Shown piece by piece: positions 9,256 through 20,157 of a stretch of DNA of 32,292 nucleotides. Source of the DNA: Lentimicrobiaceae bacterium (GTDB lineage: Bacteria > Bacteroidota > Bacteroidia > Bacteroidales > Lentimicrobiaceae); the NCBI GenBank assembly GCA_028697695.1, contig JAQVEI010000001.1, positions 1 through 32,292 on the forward strand, in the 5' to 3' direction. The notes under the pieces are model-generated. The model was not told the origin of the DNA. It searched no databases and saw only the letters and a list, made by a program, of their open reading frames with translations. Position 1 is the stretch's first letter, and each line of letters begins with the position of its first letter. Position numbers and translations under genes: made by a program.

Positions 9256-10878
9256 ATGAGTAAAAGAATTATTATTTGCGTAATGTTGCTTCTAATGTGT
9301 GATTATGGTTTCCCTCAATTGCCGGTTAGTGATTGGAAGCATCAAACATTGACAATAGAAAATACAAACCCAGGGAATGTAGTAGAGTTGAAAGGAGTTT
9401 TGGAAGCAGATACCATTTTTATTACGGATAATGTAATTGTTCCCGGGAATGAGGTGCTTACTTTTTTACCCGGCACAACGGTTGTTGCCACAGGTTTCTT
9501 TGGATTTGATGTAAGAGGAAGCATTCGTGCACTGGGAACAGCCAGTCAGCCTGTTGTTTTCACGGTTTCCGATACTACGGGTTTCAGCGACCCGAGAAAT
9601 GGCCGGGGAGGATGGGATGGATTTAACTTTACAAATGTTGACTCCGGATCAGATTCTTCCCTGTTCAGCTACTGTATATTTCGCTACACAAAAGCTATTG
9701 GCGATTCCTTGACAGGAATGGGCGGGGCATTCAACATCAGGCACTTTGACCGCATAAAAATTTCAGATTGTGAATTTAACCACAACCAGGCTTACTTTTG
9801 GGGAGGTGCAATATTTGTTGATTCAGGCAATATACAGATTCAGGATTGCAGCTTTACAGGCAATTTCTGTGGTTCGTCTATGCCGCTTTCTGGTTATGGC
9901 GGAGCCGTGTGCATCAGAAACTCGGTTGTGGATGTAGTCGGATGTAAATTCACCCAAAACAGCTCAAGCGGTATTGGGGGTGGCATTTCAATGGAATACG
10001 CAGATGTTCTGCTGCAATCGTGTATATTCACCGGCAATTCCAGTGGACTGGGCGGTGCGCTCGGCTATTTAAGGTCAAAGCCGCTACGTCCCGTTGTCGG
10101 AAATTTGTTTACAGGAAACAGTGCGATTCATTTTGGAGGAGCTGCTTCTTTTAATCGCGCCCATCCCCTATTCATCAACAACACAGTATCGGATAATTTA
10201 TCGCACTCATACGGAGGCGGTATTTATTGCAATGACAGTGCCGCACCGGTACTGATAAACAATATTATATACAGCAATCTGGCCTATGTTGGAGCTCAGG
10301 TATATATCTGGGACATTTATTCCGCACCGGAATTTCATTTTTGCAATATAGAGGGTGGGCAGGCAGCTTTCGGTGGAACAGGAGGAATAGGCTTTGTTGC
10401 TCCTTACCTGAACAATATCGACACATTGCCCGGATATAATGACTTTTCACCTCACCCCTATTCCCTGACTCAGGATTCACCCTGCATCAACAAAGGGAAC
10501 CCCGATACTACCGGCATGATGTTGCCTAAATACGATCTCGCGGGGAATCCACGTGTACACGCCGGCCGTATTGATATTGGTGCGTATGAAAGTGATGCCG
10601 GAACCTTCGGGGTTGATCAACCTAATGGTGAGCTTTCTTTCAGCTGTCACCCCAATCCTTTTGATCAGGAGGTTGTTTTTACCCTCCCCCGGGATAAAAA
10701 AGAAGCTTTCAACATACAGATAGTGAACGCAAGGGGTCAAGAGGTTCTGGCATTGTGTGGAATTTATTCAGATAAATTTACATGGACCCCTGGCAAGGAA
10801 CATAAGCGGGGAATTTATTATGTTGTGGTCACTTGCGGCAACGATAGAGCCGTTTCGCGCATAGTCAGCATCAGGTAA
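9256..10878 (+). CDS. Secreted right-handed beta-helix (Pmp-like GGA repeat) protein with T9SS type-A C-terminal domain
   Basis: Signal peptide; repeated FxxN...GGA(I/V/F) motifs; SPCINKG...DLAGNPR...IDIGAYE segment; CTD beginning HPNPF and ending GIYYVVV...RIVSIR. Confidence 0.85.
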   Translation: MSKRIIICVMLLLMCDYGFPQLPVSDWKHQTLTIENTNPGNVVELKGVLEADTIFITDNVIVPGNEVLTFLPGTTVVATGFFGFDVRGSIRALGTASQPVVFTVSDTTGFSDPRNGRGGWDGFNFTNVDSGSDSSLFSYCIFRYTKAIGDSLTGMGGAFNIRHFDRIKISDCEFNHNQAYFWGGAIFVDSGNIQIQDCSFTGNFCGSSMPLSGYGGAVCIRNSVVDVVGCKFTQNSSSGIGGGISMEYADVLLQSCIFTGNSSGLGGALGYLRSKPLRPVVGNLFTGNSAIHFGGAASFNRAHPLFINNTVSDNLSHSYGGGIYCNDSAAPVLINNIIYSNLAYVGAQVYIWDIYSAPEFHFCNIEGGQAAFGGTGGIGFVAPYLNNIDTLPGYNDFSPHPYSLTQDSPCINKGNPDTTGMMLPKYDLAGNPRVHAGRIDIGAYESDAGTFGVDQPNGELSFSCHPNPFDQEVVFTLPRDKKEAFNIQIVNARGQEVLALCGIYSDKFTWTPGKEHKRGIYYVVVTCGNDRAVSRIVSIR

Positions 10879-10958
10879 ATACTACCTATTTCGGGTGGAT
10901 GCCGCAATACAGATCACTATGTGCCGGGCTTACCTTATGCATTTACTGTTGACAATAG

Positions 10959-11002
10959 AAAAAAAACCGTCTCAAAATTGCTTTTGAGACGGTACATTTT
11001 TT
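10959..11002. terminator. Bidirectional terminator between convergent T9SS cargo genes
   Basis: 12-bp stem ACCGTCTCAAAA/TTTTGAGACGGT flanked by A and T runs. Confidence 0.8.
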
Positions 11003-11013
11003 TCTTGTTTTTC

Positions 11014-13443
11014 TTATTTCTTCACCACCCTGTATGTTGTCACCTGTTGTGATGATTTCACGCGAAGAAGATACATTCCGGATTCGAGTTCACCCAAATC
11101 AAGGAATCCGTTCGGGCGTTCAACACTAAGCATCATCTTTCCGCTAAGTGAATAAACTTCAATAACATCAACGGATGAACCTTCAAGGAACAAACGTGTG
11201 CTAACCGGGTTGGGATAGAGTTTAAGGGATGACACCGGCATTGAATTTATCCCGGTATAGAGAAATATCTGCACCTCCACGTCAGCACCATCAACAATAA
11301 CTATCCCTTCTTCTACGCTATAATCTATGGCTGTAGCAATATAGGGGTATTCACCATCTGCAAGCAGGATGGTGGCTATGCCATCTTCATTTGTAATTAA
11401 TGTATCGCCATTAATCTGGATTTCGGCACCACCTAACGGCCCGGTGTTTGAATCCACCACAAAAGTAACCGTATATAGAACCGGTGGTAGTGGTTGTAAC
11501 ACTATGTTTTCAGTTGCATTTGAGCCATTTATCACCGCAGTGCCCTGGGCCGGAATGTATCCATCCAGTGAGGCGGTGTATGTATAGGTACCATCGGGCA
11601 ATTCCACTTCAACTATACCCATAGCATTGGTTACATATGGACTAGGCATACCATCAATGGTAATGTCAACACCTGCCAATGGCTGTGTACCGGGATCTGT
11701 TACACTAAAAGTAAGCAGCCATGCCGGTGCTGACAGTGATACAAGTTCAACACTTACCTCAGAGTTGCTGTTGGCAACAATGGCTGTACCCAGAGAGTTA
11801 TAATAACCTTCTTTTGACACCTCGTAGGGATAACTGCCATTACCCAATTCGAGTGAGGCCAGCCCGCCGGCATCCGTAAACAGGGTTTGGGAATTTACCT
11901 CAATTTGCGCATCAGCTATGGGCATCAAAGCCTGATCATGCACATAAAACGTGAGTTGATAAACAATTTCCATCATGGTAATATTTACCACATTCGGGTT
12001 GGAAGTCACCGTGAAACTACCCTGGTAATCGCTATATCCGTCAAGTGTTGCGGTAAATGTATGCCCGCCGGGAGGGAGCATGGCCCATGCTTCCCCATTT
12101 ATGCCGGTAACCAATGTTGCACTCCAGTCTGAAACAGTAATCTGAACGCCCGGAAGCAGGTCTCCTGCTTCATTTTGAACAATAAAAGTAGTTTCATAGG
12201 CACAGGAAGGCATAAAGTTTACCCTGCCCAGACTCGCATCATCCACCACATGCACAATTACGGTTTCTATATTTGCTGAATCCTGTGCAGGCACCCCCCA
12301 GCAATTGTACATAGCGGTTTGATTTACAGGACCATTGTTATACAAATCATAAAGAATACCTTCATTGCCATTGTCTGAAAAGACATTCCCACCAGGGTTA
12401 AAAGTAGCGACAGCCGAATCGCCCATATTAACCTGTGGATAGCCTATGATGGTAATTCCCCATAAGTTCCCGCTAATCACATTTCCGGTAACCATTACCT
12501 GCTGATTGGATGAAGCCGATGATGCCGTGAAATTAAGGCCACTGCCCCCCAAAGCAGGATTGTTCTGTATATTGTTGTTGGTAACCGTATTGTAGCGGAT
12601 GGCACTATTGATGGGACTTCCCGTAAGGGTGATGCCATAACGGTTTTGATCTACAAAATTGGAATCAATAACCACATTGCCGGCTATACCCAGGAGCGAA
12701 GAATAAGCAATACCGCCCGAGTTGGTACTCCCATTTCCGATAACAGTATTGCCAACAATAAATGTGGTATCATTTTCACCGGAAGGCCCCATGTTGATTT
12801 GAGGACGATTGGTATTATCGGTGGTATTGCCAAACATATAGTTATTACGAATATTGGCTGCACACGGTATGTTTGATCCGGATGCGACAGCGCCCCGCTG
12901 ATTGAGAATAAAACTGCAATTGGTTACAGAAGCATTGCCCGAAATATCTATAGCAGCAGATGAGGTATATGACCCGGCTGAAGAGCCTGATTTGTAAAAG
13001 TTCTTATATAAGGTGCTCCCATCTATACTAAAAGTTCCAGTTTGAACCCGCAATCCCCCTCCAAAAGAAAAAGTGGCATTTTTTATGTGCGTTACGTGAC
13101 CGTCGATAAGCTTAAATCCCCTCCACCTGTCGGCAGTGAGTGTGGTATCCTGAGCGGTAAAATATGACTGCGCAGGAGCATCAATTATGAGGGTTCCTTC
13201 CGACACAATACCTGCCAACTGATGAAACAATACTGTAACATCACCCAAAATATTTATCTGGTCCTGTGGCATAATGGTCAACGTGGCCGTGATTTCATAC
13301 TGCGCACCATTCCAGATTACTGTACCTCCTGAATTGGCTACCAGATCATCCAGACTCCAGTTCACTCCCGTTCCGGGAGTGGTATATTGAGCCTGAGCCA
13401 TCAAGGCTGTAAATAAAAATAAAAGTGTAAAGAGTTTTCGCAT
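11014..13443 (-). CDS. Secreted beta-helix protein with four Ig/carboxypeptidase-regulatory-like repeats and T9SS type-A CTD
   Basis: The true start is likely MRKLFTLLFLF (ATG 13443), a signal peptide, with a -7 box CAAAGATA at 13552-13559. Asn/Gly-rich beta-helix; four ~80-aa repeats TFxVxD...P(L/I)xGxxIx(V/I); CTD LYPNPV...SGMYLLRV...VVKK. Confidence 0.85.
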   Translation of the reverse strand: MRKLFTLLFLFTALMAQAQYTTPGTGVNWSLDDLVANSGGTVIWNGAQYEITATLTIMPQDQINILGDVTVLFHQLAGIVSEGTLIIDAPAQSYFTAQDTTLTADRWRGFKLIDGHVTHIKNATFSFGGGLRVQTGTFSIDGSTLYKNFYKSGSSAGSYTSSAAIDISGNASVTNCSFILNQRGAVASGSNIPCAANIRNNYMFGNTTDNTNRPQINMGPSGENDTTFIVGNTVIGNGSTNSGGIAYSSLLGIAGNVVIDSNFVDQNRYGITLTGSPINSAIRYNTVTNNNIQNNPALGGSGLNFTASSASSNQQVMVTGNVISGNLWGITIIGYPQVNMGDSAVATFNPGGNVFSDNGNEGILYDLYNNGPVNQTAMYNCWGVPAQDSANIETVIVHVVDDASLGRVNFMPSCAYETTFIVQNEAGDLLPGVQITVSDWSATLVTGINGEAWAMLPPGGHTFTATLDGYSDYQGSFTVTSNPNVVNITMMEIVYQLTFYVHDQALMPIADAQIEVNSQTLFTDAGGLASLELGNGSYPYEVSKEGYYNSLGTAIVANSNSEVSVELVSLSAPAWLLTFSVTDPGTQPLAGVDITIDGMPSPYVTNAMGIVEVELPDGTYTYTASLDGYIPAQGTAVINGSNATENIVLQPLPPVLYTVTFVVDSNTGPLGGAEIQINGDTLITNEDGIATILLADGEYPYIATAIDYSVEEGIVIVDGADVEVQIFLYTGINSMPVSSLKLYPNPVSTRLFLEGSSVDVIEVYSLSGKMMLSVERPNGFLDLGELESGMYLLRVKSSQQVTTYRVVKK

Positions 13444-13674
13444 AATGAGATTAAAAATTAAATGAAACATCAAAAAATAAAGGTATCCCCAAACAATCTC
13501 ATGATGTTTGAATCGTAAATGAATACAGATTTTTGTCCGGGCATCCCTTTGCAAAGATACGCTTAATGCCGATATGAATCTATTTTTTTGGCCTTGCTTC
13601 TAAATATCCACTGTGGCTGGTCAATCGCTAATTTAACGTTCATCTTTTACCAACAGCTTCCTATACTGTCTATA

Positions 13675-14139
13675 TCACCAGATAAACGGAATGAGTTTCT
13701 TCGACACACGGGTATACGCCAGGTATGCCACAAAGGCTTTTTTAAGGTAACTCTCTTCGAGATGGAGTTTTGCTATCAAAACAATGGTAAGACCAACCAC
13801 CATAACGAGGCGCAACCAGGAGAAATGTCCCAGCACCAATGGCCAGCAAACCAGCAGAATAGCTGTATACATGGGGTGACGTATTAAACGGTAGGGACCA
13901 TGCGCAATCATGATGCCATGAGGCTTGGGCAGGGGTGAAATATTAAAATTGCCCAAACGAATGGTTTGAATTGACCATAATCCCAGGGCAAGACCAATTA
14001 ATATCATTACAATAACCCATATTTTGAGATCAAACACGGGGCTCGTAATCAAAATTAATCCAATAAATACAAACTGAAAAATAACCAATAGCCAGGCCAA
14101 CAATGAACGACGCAAGCCCATGCGGGTGGTGTTAAACAT
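13675..14139 (-). CDS. Isoprenylcysteine carboxylmethyltransferase / PEMT-family membrane methyltransferase
   Basis: Hydrophobic helices; GPYRLIRHPMY and EESYL...Y motifs, ending IPFIW. Confidence 0.85.
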   Translation of the reverse strand: MFNTTRMGLRRSLLAWLLVIFQFVFIGLILITSPVFDLKIWVIVMILIGLALGLWSIQTIRLGNFNISPLPKPHGIMIAHGPYRLIRHPMYTAILLVCWPLVLGHFSWLRLVMVVGLTIVLIAKLHLEESYLKKAFVAYLAYTRVSKKLIPFIW

Positions 14140-14305
14140 ATGCTAAAGACTTTTAATCACTATATAAATAACAACACTTTTCCGGGTATGTTGTATTTGC
14201 CGCAAAAATAACTTCTTGTTAACAATAAACCTATATCTGTCTGCCTGCTTTCATCATGATTGATAGCTATAGTACTCATTTTCCGGTAAATTTGATTAAG
14301 TTTAA

Positions 14306-14313
14306 TAACTTTG
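14306..14313 (+). promoter_or_regulatory. Bacteroidota -7 box (TAACTTTG) for the peroxidase gene
   Basis: Exact TAnnTTTG about 23 bp upstream of the ATG at 14336. Confidence 0.55.
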
Positions 14314-14335
14314 TACCATTAAATGAATAAGAACT

Positions 14336-15361
14336 ATGCAAAAGACATTATTTTTAACAGCAATACTGTTCAGCTTTATTGCCTGCACCAACACCAACAA
14401 GTCCAAACAGGAGGCAACAACAATGAGGGTCGACAGCATCATGGCATCGGCCAAAAATGTTTTTCAGCCTTTACCCGGCGAAGCATTAAACCCGGAAAAC
14501 CCATTAACGCCTGAAAAAATTGCTTTAGGTAAAGCGTTGTATTACGACAACATTTTGTCGATGAATCAAACCCAGAGCTGCAACACCTGCCACAATCTGG
14601 AGACCTATGGGGTGGACAATAAGCCGACCAGCCCCGGTGATGGCGGAGCCCCCGGGGTAAGAAATTCACCCACTGTCTTAAATTCAGCTTTGCATTTTCT
14701 GCAATTTTGGGATGGCCGCATGAAAGATGTAGAGGAACAGGCAGGTGGACCGGTTATGAATCCGGATGAAATGAACATGCCCAGCGAAGCGGTTGTCATG
14801 GCAAGACTTGAAGCGGATGAAAATTATCCGAAAATGTTTGCCGCCGCGTTCCCCGAAGAAAAAAATGCCATGACTTTTGATGCAATGCGCAAAGCCATCG
14901 GTGCTTTTGAACGTACCCTGCTCACCCCTTCAAGGTTTGACGACTTTTTAAAAGGTGACCATACTGCATTAACAGAGCAGGAGTTAACCGGCCTTAAAAC
15001 TTTTATGGATGTGGGTTGTACTGCCTGTCATAATGGTCCGCTGCTGGGCGGCAATATGTTTCAAAAATATCCGCTGTTCGGCACCCATGAAGAATATACA
15101 GGCAGCAAGGCAGATGACCTGGGCAGAATGCAGGAAACTAAGAATGAAGCCGATAAATACGTTTTCAAGGTACCCAGCCTGCGAAATATTGCCGAAACCT
15201 GGCCCTATCTGCACGATGGCAGTGTAAGAGAACTCGACAATACCGTTGATCTGATGGCCAAAGCCGAATTGAACAAGGAATTGACCCCCGGGCAAACCAA
15301 CGATATCGTTGCTTTTATGAAAGCACTGACAGGGGAAGTGCCGGCTGCTGCAAAACGGTAA
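14336..15361 (+). CDS. ccp: Di-haem cytochrome c peroxidase (CcpA/MauG family), lipoprotein
   Basis: Lipobox FIA-C; two CxxCH haem motifs (CNTCH, CTACH); RNSPTV, QFWDGR, FKVPSLRNI and PYLHDGS motifs. Confidence 0.92.
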   Translation: MQKTLFLTAILFSFIACTNTNKSKQEATTMRVDSIMASAKNVFQPLPGEALNPENPLTPEKIALGKALYYDNILSMNQTQSCNTCHNLETYGVDNKPTSPGDGGAPGVRNSPTVLNSALHFLQFWDGRMKDVEEQAGGPVMNPDEMNMPSEAVVMARLEADENYPKMFAAAFPEEKNAMTFDAMRKAIGAFERTLLTPSRFDDFLKGDHTALTEQELTGLKTFMDVGCTACHNGPLLGGNMFQKYPLFGTHEEYTGSKADDLGRMQETKNEADKYVFKVPSLRNIAETWPYLHDGSVRELDNTVDLMAKAELNKELTPGQTNDIVAFMKALTGEVPAAAKR

Positions 15362-15507
15362 CATGAAATCTGATTGAGGCTTGCAGCTAATCCTATGGGA
15401 AACAGTTGCCATATATAAACATCAGAACTTTTGTAGTTACCGACTTTTTATTTCCTCGCCCACTAATCCAGATTTTGTAAAGAGCGGTAACTGTTTAATG
15501 GCATACT

Positions 15508-15542
15508 AAAAAGGTGACAGAACACTATCCTGTCACCTTTTT
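15508..15542. terminator. Bidirectional terminator between ccp and the RND operon
   Basis: AAAAAGGTGACAG-loop-CTGTCACCTTTTT. Confidence 0.82.
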
Positions 15543-15563
15543 CAATTCAATCAATTTTAAAAT

Positions 15564-18500
15564 CTACACCCTTGCTGCTGCTATTTTATTTGATTTGCGG
15601 CGTTTGAGTTTGATTTTTATTTCATACACCATCAGGTATAGTGCCGGAACCAGCACCAGGGTGAGGAAAGTGGCGAAACTCAGTCCAAAGATAATGGACC
15701 AGGCCAGCGGGCCCCAAAACATTACATTGTCTCCTCCAATATGTATTTGAGGGTCGAGGTGGGTAAAGAAGCTGACAAAATTCAGGTTGAACCCGATAGC
15801 CAGCGGTATAAGCCCCAGTATTGTTGCAGTAGCAGTAAGTATAACGGGAGTAATTCTGGTTAAGCCTGCCTGCATTATGGCTTCACGTGTTTTCACGCCT
15901 CGTTCTTTCAGCACATCGGTGAATTCAACAATCAGAATACCGTTGCGCACCACTATCCCGCCCAGAGCAACAATACCCAGACCGGTCATAATCACTGAAA
16001 TGGTCATGTTGAAAATCACAATCCCAAGAAGAACGCCTATGATGCTGAAAACAACTTCACTCAGGATAATGATGGTTTTGCTGATGGAGTTGAACTGGGT
16101 AATGAGGATGAAGAAAATCAGGCCAATGGCAATCATCATAGCCATACCAAGAAAACCGGCTGTTTCGGCCTGCTCCACCTGTTCGCCGGTAAGCTTGATT
16201 TGTACACCTTCGCTTAGGGGGAAGTCAGCGGCATAACGCTCGATCTGGGGTACGATTTCGTTGGCGGTATATCCGGTCAGCACTTCGCTGGAAATTGTAA
16301 TGATACGTTTTAAATCAAGCCGTTTAATGCCTCCATAAGTGTATGAATAATCGATATCGGCGACCGAAGCCAGCGGTATCTGCCGCAGCAGCCCGGTTGT
16401 CATATCACGATAAGTGATTTTCATATTGATGAGGTTATTTATATTGTCGCGGGTTTCGACGGAATACCGCAACTGAATAGGATATTCATCCTCATCCACT
16501 TTGTATTTCGAGATTTCCTTACCCAGCACAGCCGTACGAAGTTCGCTGGCTATTTGTCCGGTACTCAATCCATACTGGTTGGCGCGTTCGCGATTGATTT
16601 TTATTCCTATCTCCGGCTTATTGTCCTGAAAATCACTCTTTAGCTCTTCAACACCGGGTATCTGTAAAGAATCCAGGTATTTTTTAAACGCGTTGGCATC
16701 GTGAATCAGGTTAGGCAGATTCTCACTGGTGATTTCAATATTAATGGGTTTACCGGTAGGTGGGCCGGCCCGGTTCTTTTCAGTAGAAATCTCAACGCCT
16801 GGTATTCCTTTAACCTTTTCTCTTATCCTGTCGAGCACATCCAGGGTATTTTGGTCGCCCCGGTATTTGTATTCAACGAAATTAATGGTTACTTTTCCCT
16901 TTTCGGAACTGACTGCCTGACTAAAGTCCTGCTGGTCGCCGGCGCCTAATGCCACATTGGTTATCACTGATTCGACTATGGGATTATTTCTACCAATAAC
17001 GTCATATACCTTGTTTTCCACAATCCGGGTAACCGAATCGGTCGCCTTTTGATCGGTACCTATGGGCATTCTTACCAATACGTAAATGTTATTGGGCATG
17101 TTTTCAGGAAAGAAAACCACCTTTGGTGAACGAACACCAACCAAAACAATGGTAACAACAAAAAGTCCGATAATAATCAGCAGCAGATACAGTGAGTTTC
17201 GGCCTTTAAGCACCATGCGCAGTTGCCGCTCGTAAATGTTGATAAAAAAGGGCCATCCTTTTTCCTGCCACCATTTTATGTAAAGTTTCAACAGACTGTG
17301 ATAAAATACAATAAGTATAGCGACAAACATCAGGAAATTACCTGCAGCAAGCAACCACACGGTTTTTGATGCAAGATAAAACAGGTAACTAACCACAGCC
17401 AGCGAAACAATTATGATTAATTGTTTGATGATGGATTTCCGCTGTTTTTTCTTGTCAGGTGTATCGTATTCGTGTTTCATAAATGAAACAGCGAACACCG
17501 GGTTGATAATATAGGCTACAAACAACGATGCAAAAAGAGTGAGAATCAGCGTTACGGGTATGTAAAACATAAATTCACCCACAATTCCCGGCCAGAAAGC
17601 CAAGGGGAAGAAGGGGGCCAGCGTGGTGAGGGTTCCCGACAAAATAGGCAGGAAAACCTCCCCGGCCGCCTGTTTGGATGCTTTGGTAATATCCGGTTGA
17701 AAATGATGGATGCGGTGGATGTTCTCAATGACTACAATGGCATCGTCAACCACAATCCCAAGCGCGAAGATAAACCCGAACATCACTATCATGTTCATGG
17801 AGAAGCCCAGGGTGGGCATAACCATAAAAGCCATAAACATGGACAGCGGCACCGCCATGGCCACGAAGAAGGCGTTGGTGAAGCCCATGAAAAACATCAA
17901 AACAATGGTAACCAGTATGAAACCAAAAATGATGGTATTGTTTAACTCCTCCAGGGTATTGCGGGTATAGCGCGACATGTCACCCGATATGGTGGTTTTA
18001 ACATCGTCGGGAAATTCCCGGCCGCTAAGCTCATTGTTGATGATCTCCTTTATCTTATCGGATGCATCCAGAAGATTCTCACCACTTTTTTTTACCACGT
18101 TCAGGGTAATTACATTTTCGCCGTTGAGCCGGGAGAAACTTTCCTGTTCTTTAAACGTATCGTCTACATCAGCTACATCCTTTAGGTAAACGATGGCTCC
18201 ACTGGAGGTGTGAATTAGTATGTTGCGCATCTGGTCCAGGTTGGAAAACTGTCCTTCAACCCGTATGGAACGTTTCATGTCGCCTTTGGTAATACTCCCG
18301 GCTGACACAGTAACATTTTCAGAGGCTACAGCGCGTTCAATATCACTAAAGGTAACGCTGGCGGCCTGTGCACGGTACAAGTCTACATTTATCTGTATTT
18401 CCCTTTCCAGGGCACCTACAATATCCACCCGGGTTATTTCAGAAAGGGATTCCATTTTATCCTGAGCTATATCGGCATATTTTTTCAGTTGCTCTAAATC

Positions 18501-18968
18501 GTAATCGCCTGAAATCTGAATAAACATTATGGGTATTTCCGAAAAATCGATGTCGCGCACATCCGGGTCATCAAGCAAGTTGGTGGGCAAGTCGATGCGC
18601 GCCTTATCCACTGCATCCTTCACTCGTTGCTTGGCTTCGGGCACCTCAACATCGGTGTTAAACTCTATGGCAATAGATGAAAAGTCCTGTAATGAGTTGC
18701 TGGTAATCTTCTTTACCCCGTTTATACCTTTCAATTGTTTTTCAATAGGCCGGGTAACAAGATTCTCCATATCCTCGGGTGAAGTGCCCGGATAGATGGT
18801 ATTGACCAATATGGTAGGAATCACAATTTCGGGAAACTGCTCTTTGGGTATGCTTCGGTAAGCGGTTATGCCCACCAGGGTAATAAAAAGCGCCAGTACA
18901 TAAATACTGGTTTTATTGTCAATAGCCCAACTGGTGGCAAAGAATTCTTTTATTTTATGATTTTTCAT
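15564..18968 (-). CDS. RND efflux permease (AcrB/AcrD/AcrF family)
   Basis: 1134 aa with two large periplasmic loops; TM4 GIVVDDAIVVIE, TM10 VRNGILIVEF, TM11 RITPVILT. Confidence 0.95.
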   Translation of the reverse strand: MKNHKIKEFFATSWAIDNKTSIYVLALFITLVGITAYRSIPKEQFPEIVIPTILVNTIYPGTSPEDMENLVTRPIEKQLKGINGVKKITSNSLQDFSSIAIEFNTDVEVPEAKQRVKDAVDKARIDLPTNLLDDPDVRDIDFSEIPIMFIQISGDYDLEQLKKYADIAQDKMESLSEITRVDIVGALEREIQINVDLYRAQAASVTFSDIERAVASENVTVSAGSITKGDMKRSIRVEGQFSNLDQMRNILIHTSSGAIVYLKDVADVDDTFKEQESFSRLNGENVITLNVVKKSGENLLDASDKIKEIINNELSGREFPDDVKTTISGDMSRYTRNTLEELNNTIIFGFILVTIVLMFFMGFTNAFFVAMAVPLSMFMAFMVMPTLGFSMNMIVMFGFIFALGIVVDDAIVVIENIHRIHHFQPDITKASKQAAGEVFLPILSGTLTTLAPFFPLAFWPGIVGEFMFYIPVTLILTLFASLFVAYIINPVFAVSFMKHEYDTPDKKKQRKSIIKQLIIIVSLAVVSYLFYLASKTVWLLAAGNFLMFVAILIVFYHSLLKLYIKWWQEKGWPFFINIYERQLRMVLKGRNSLYLLLIIIGLFVVTIVLVGVRSPKVVFFPENMPNNIYVLVRMPIGTDQKATDSVTRIVENKVYDVIGRNNPIVESVITNVALGAGDQQDFSQAVSSEKGKVTINFVEYKYRGDQNTLDVLDRIREKVKGIPGVEISTEKNRAGPPTGKPINIEITSENLPNLIHDANAFKKYLDSLQIPGVEELKSDFQDNKPEIGIKINRERANQYGLSTGQIASELRTAVLGKEISKYKVDEDEYPIQLRYSVETRDNINNLINMKITYRDMTTGLLRQIPLASVADIDYSYTYGGIKRLDLKRIITISSEVLTGYTANEIVPQIERYAADFPLSEGVQIKLTGEQVEQAETAGFLGMAMMIAIGLIFFILITQFNSISKTIIILSEVVFSIIGVLLGIVIFNMTISVIMTGLGIVALGGIVVRNGILIVEFTDVLKERGVKTREAIMQAGLTRITPVILTATATILGLIPLAIGFNLNFVSFFTHLDPQIHIGGDNVMFWGPLAWSIIFGLSFATFLTLVLVPALYLMVYEIKIKLKRRKSNKIAAARV

Positions 18969-18994
18969 GAGCTTTGGCGTAAGAGTTGCAGTCG

Positions 18995-20134
18995 TTAATC
19001 CTGAGTGCCATTAATTTTAATCAGTTGACCTTCAACCAGGTTATTGTAACCTGTGGTAATAATTTTATCGCCTTGTTTGAGGCCGGACAATACTTCAGCC
19101 ATACCATTGTAGGTCCGGCCTGTCTTAACTTCAGTCCGGCGGGCCGTTAATTTCCCATTCTCCTGTTTGGCAAGGTAAAGATATTTACCTGCCGAAGACT
19201 CCTTAAGTAAGGATACGGGAATAACAAAAGCAGAAGGATTGGTGTAATCGTTAATCTTAACTACTGCCAGCATATTGGCACGGTATTCTATATAGCCGGG
19301 TTGTAATCTCACTTCCGTTGAAAAGGTTCGGTTTACCGGGTTGATGTATTTGCTGGTAAAATGAATTTTGGTTTCTATCTCTTTGTCGAAATCAGGAAAA
19401 TAAACAATCACTTTGTCTCCCTTCTTAACCTTTGGGGCATACGTTTCTGAAATATCAGCCAGCACTTTTGCCGATGAAAAGTTAACTACGCGTACTGCCG
19501 GCATTCCTGGTGAAGCCATTTGTCCCACTTTAAGGTTAACCTCTTCCACGGTACCATTTATGGGTGATTTAATTTTGGTCATCTCCAACTGATCGTTAAG
19601 GGCCGCCAGATTTGCCTCAAGGCTTTCTTTGTTGTTTTTGGACGTAAGGTATTGTACTTCACTGCCAATTTCCTGATCCCACAATGCTTTCTGCTTCTTA
19701 TACAGGTTAGTAGCAAATGAAAGCTGGGTTTTTACATTTTCTATTTGTTGTTTGAGCACACTGTTGTCGGTTAAAGCCAAAACCTGTCCTTTGCTGACCC
19801 TATCTCCCTCTTTAACCAATACGGCCGTAACCAGTCCGGGTGTCTGTGCCGAAACGGCAATATTGTCTTCTCCGTCAACCTTGCCCTGAACTTCAATGTA
19901 GTGATCAAACACCTGTTGTTCAGCAGGGGTAATAGCAACGGTGGTCATTTTCTTATTGGCCAGGCTGTCGCTGCCGCTCAATTCCTGCTCAAGAGATTGA
20001 ATTTTTATATTCAGCTCATCCCTTTGCTTCTTGAGATCGGCAAGACGGGCTTGTTTATCCTCAGCTTTGTTGCAGGCTGCTGCAATAAAAACCAGGGCAG
20101 CCATTATTAGTGATTTTGTTAATATTGTCTTCAT
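18995..20134 (-). CDS. RND periplasmic adaptor (membrane fusion protein), lipoprotein
   Basis: Lipobox AAA-C; lipoyl halves VKEGDRVSKGQVL and IKSPINGTV; helical hairpin; GLKQGDKII. Confidence 0.93.
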   Translation of the reverse strand: MKTILTKSLIMAALVFIAAACNKAEDKQARLADLKKQRDELNIKIQSLEQELSGSDSLANKKMTTVAITPAEQQVFDHYIEVQGKVDGEDNIAVSAQTPGLVTAVLVKEGDRVSKGQVLALTDNSVLKQQIENVKTQLSFATNLYKKQKALWDQEIGSEVQYLTSKNNKESLEANLAALNDQLEMTKIKSPINGTVEEVNLKVGQMASPGMPAVRVVNFSSAKVLADISETYAPKVKKGDKVIVYFPDFDKEIETKIHFTSKYINPVNRTFSTEVRLQPGYIEYRANMLAVVKINDYTNPSAFVIPVSLLKESSAGKYLYLAKQENGKLTARRTEVKTGRTYNGMAEVLSGLKQGDKIITTGYNNLVEGQLIKINGTQD

Positions 20135-20157
20135 TCCAGATATAGGTTTTCAGGTGT

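Noticed and set aside
13444-13554. N-terminal extension of the 846-aa ORF
   Set aside because: It overlaps the promoter region, and the signal peptide starts at ATG 13443.
14250-14306. FNR- or OxyR-like site upstream of the peroxidase
   Set aside because: Only half-site matches (TTGAT, ATAG) in AT-rich DNA, without correct partner spacing.
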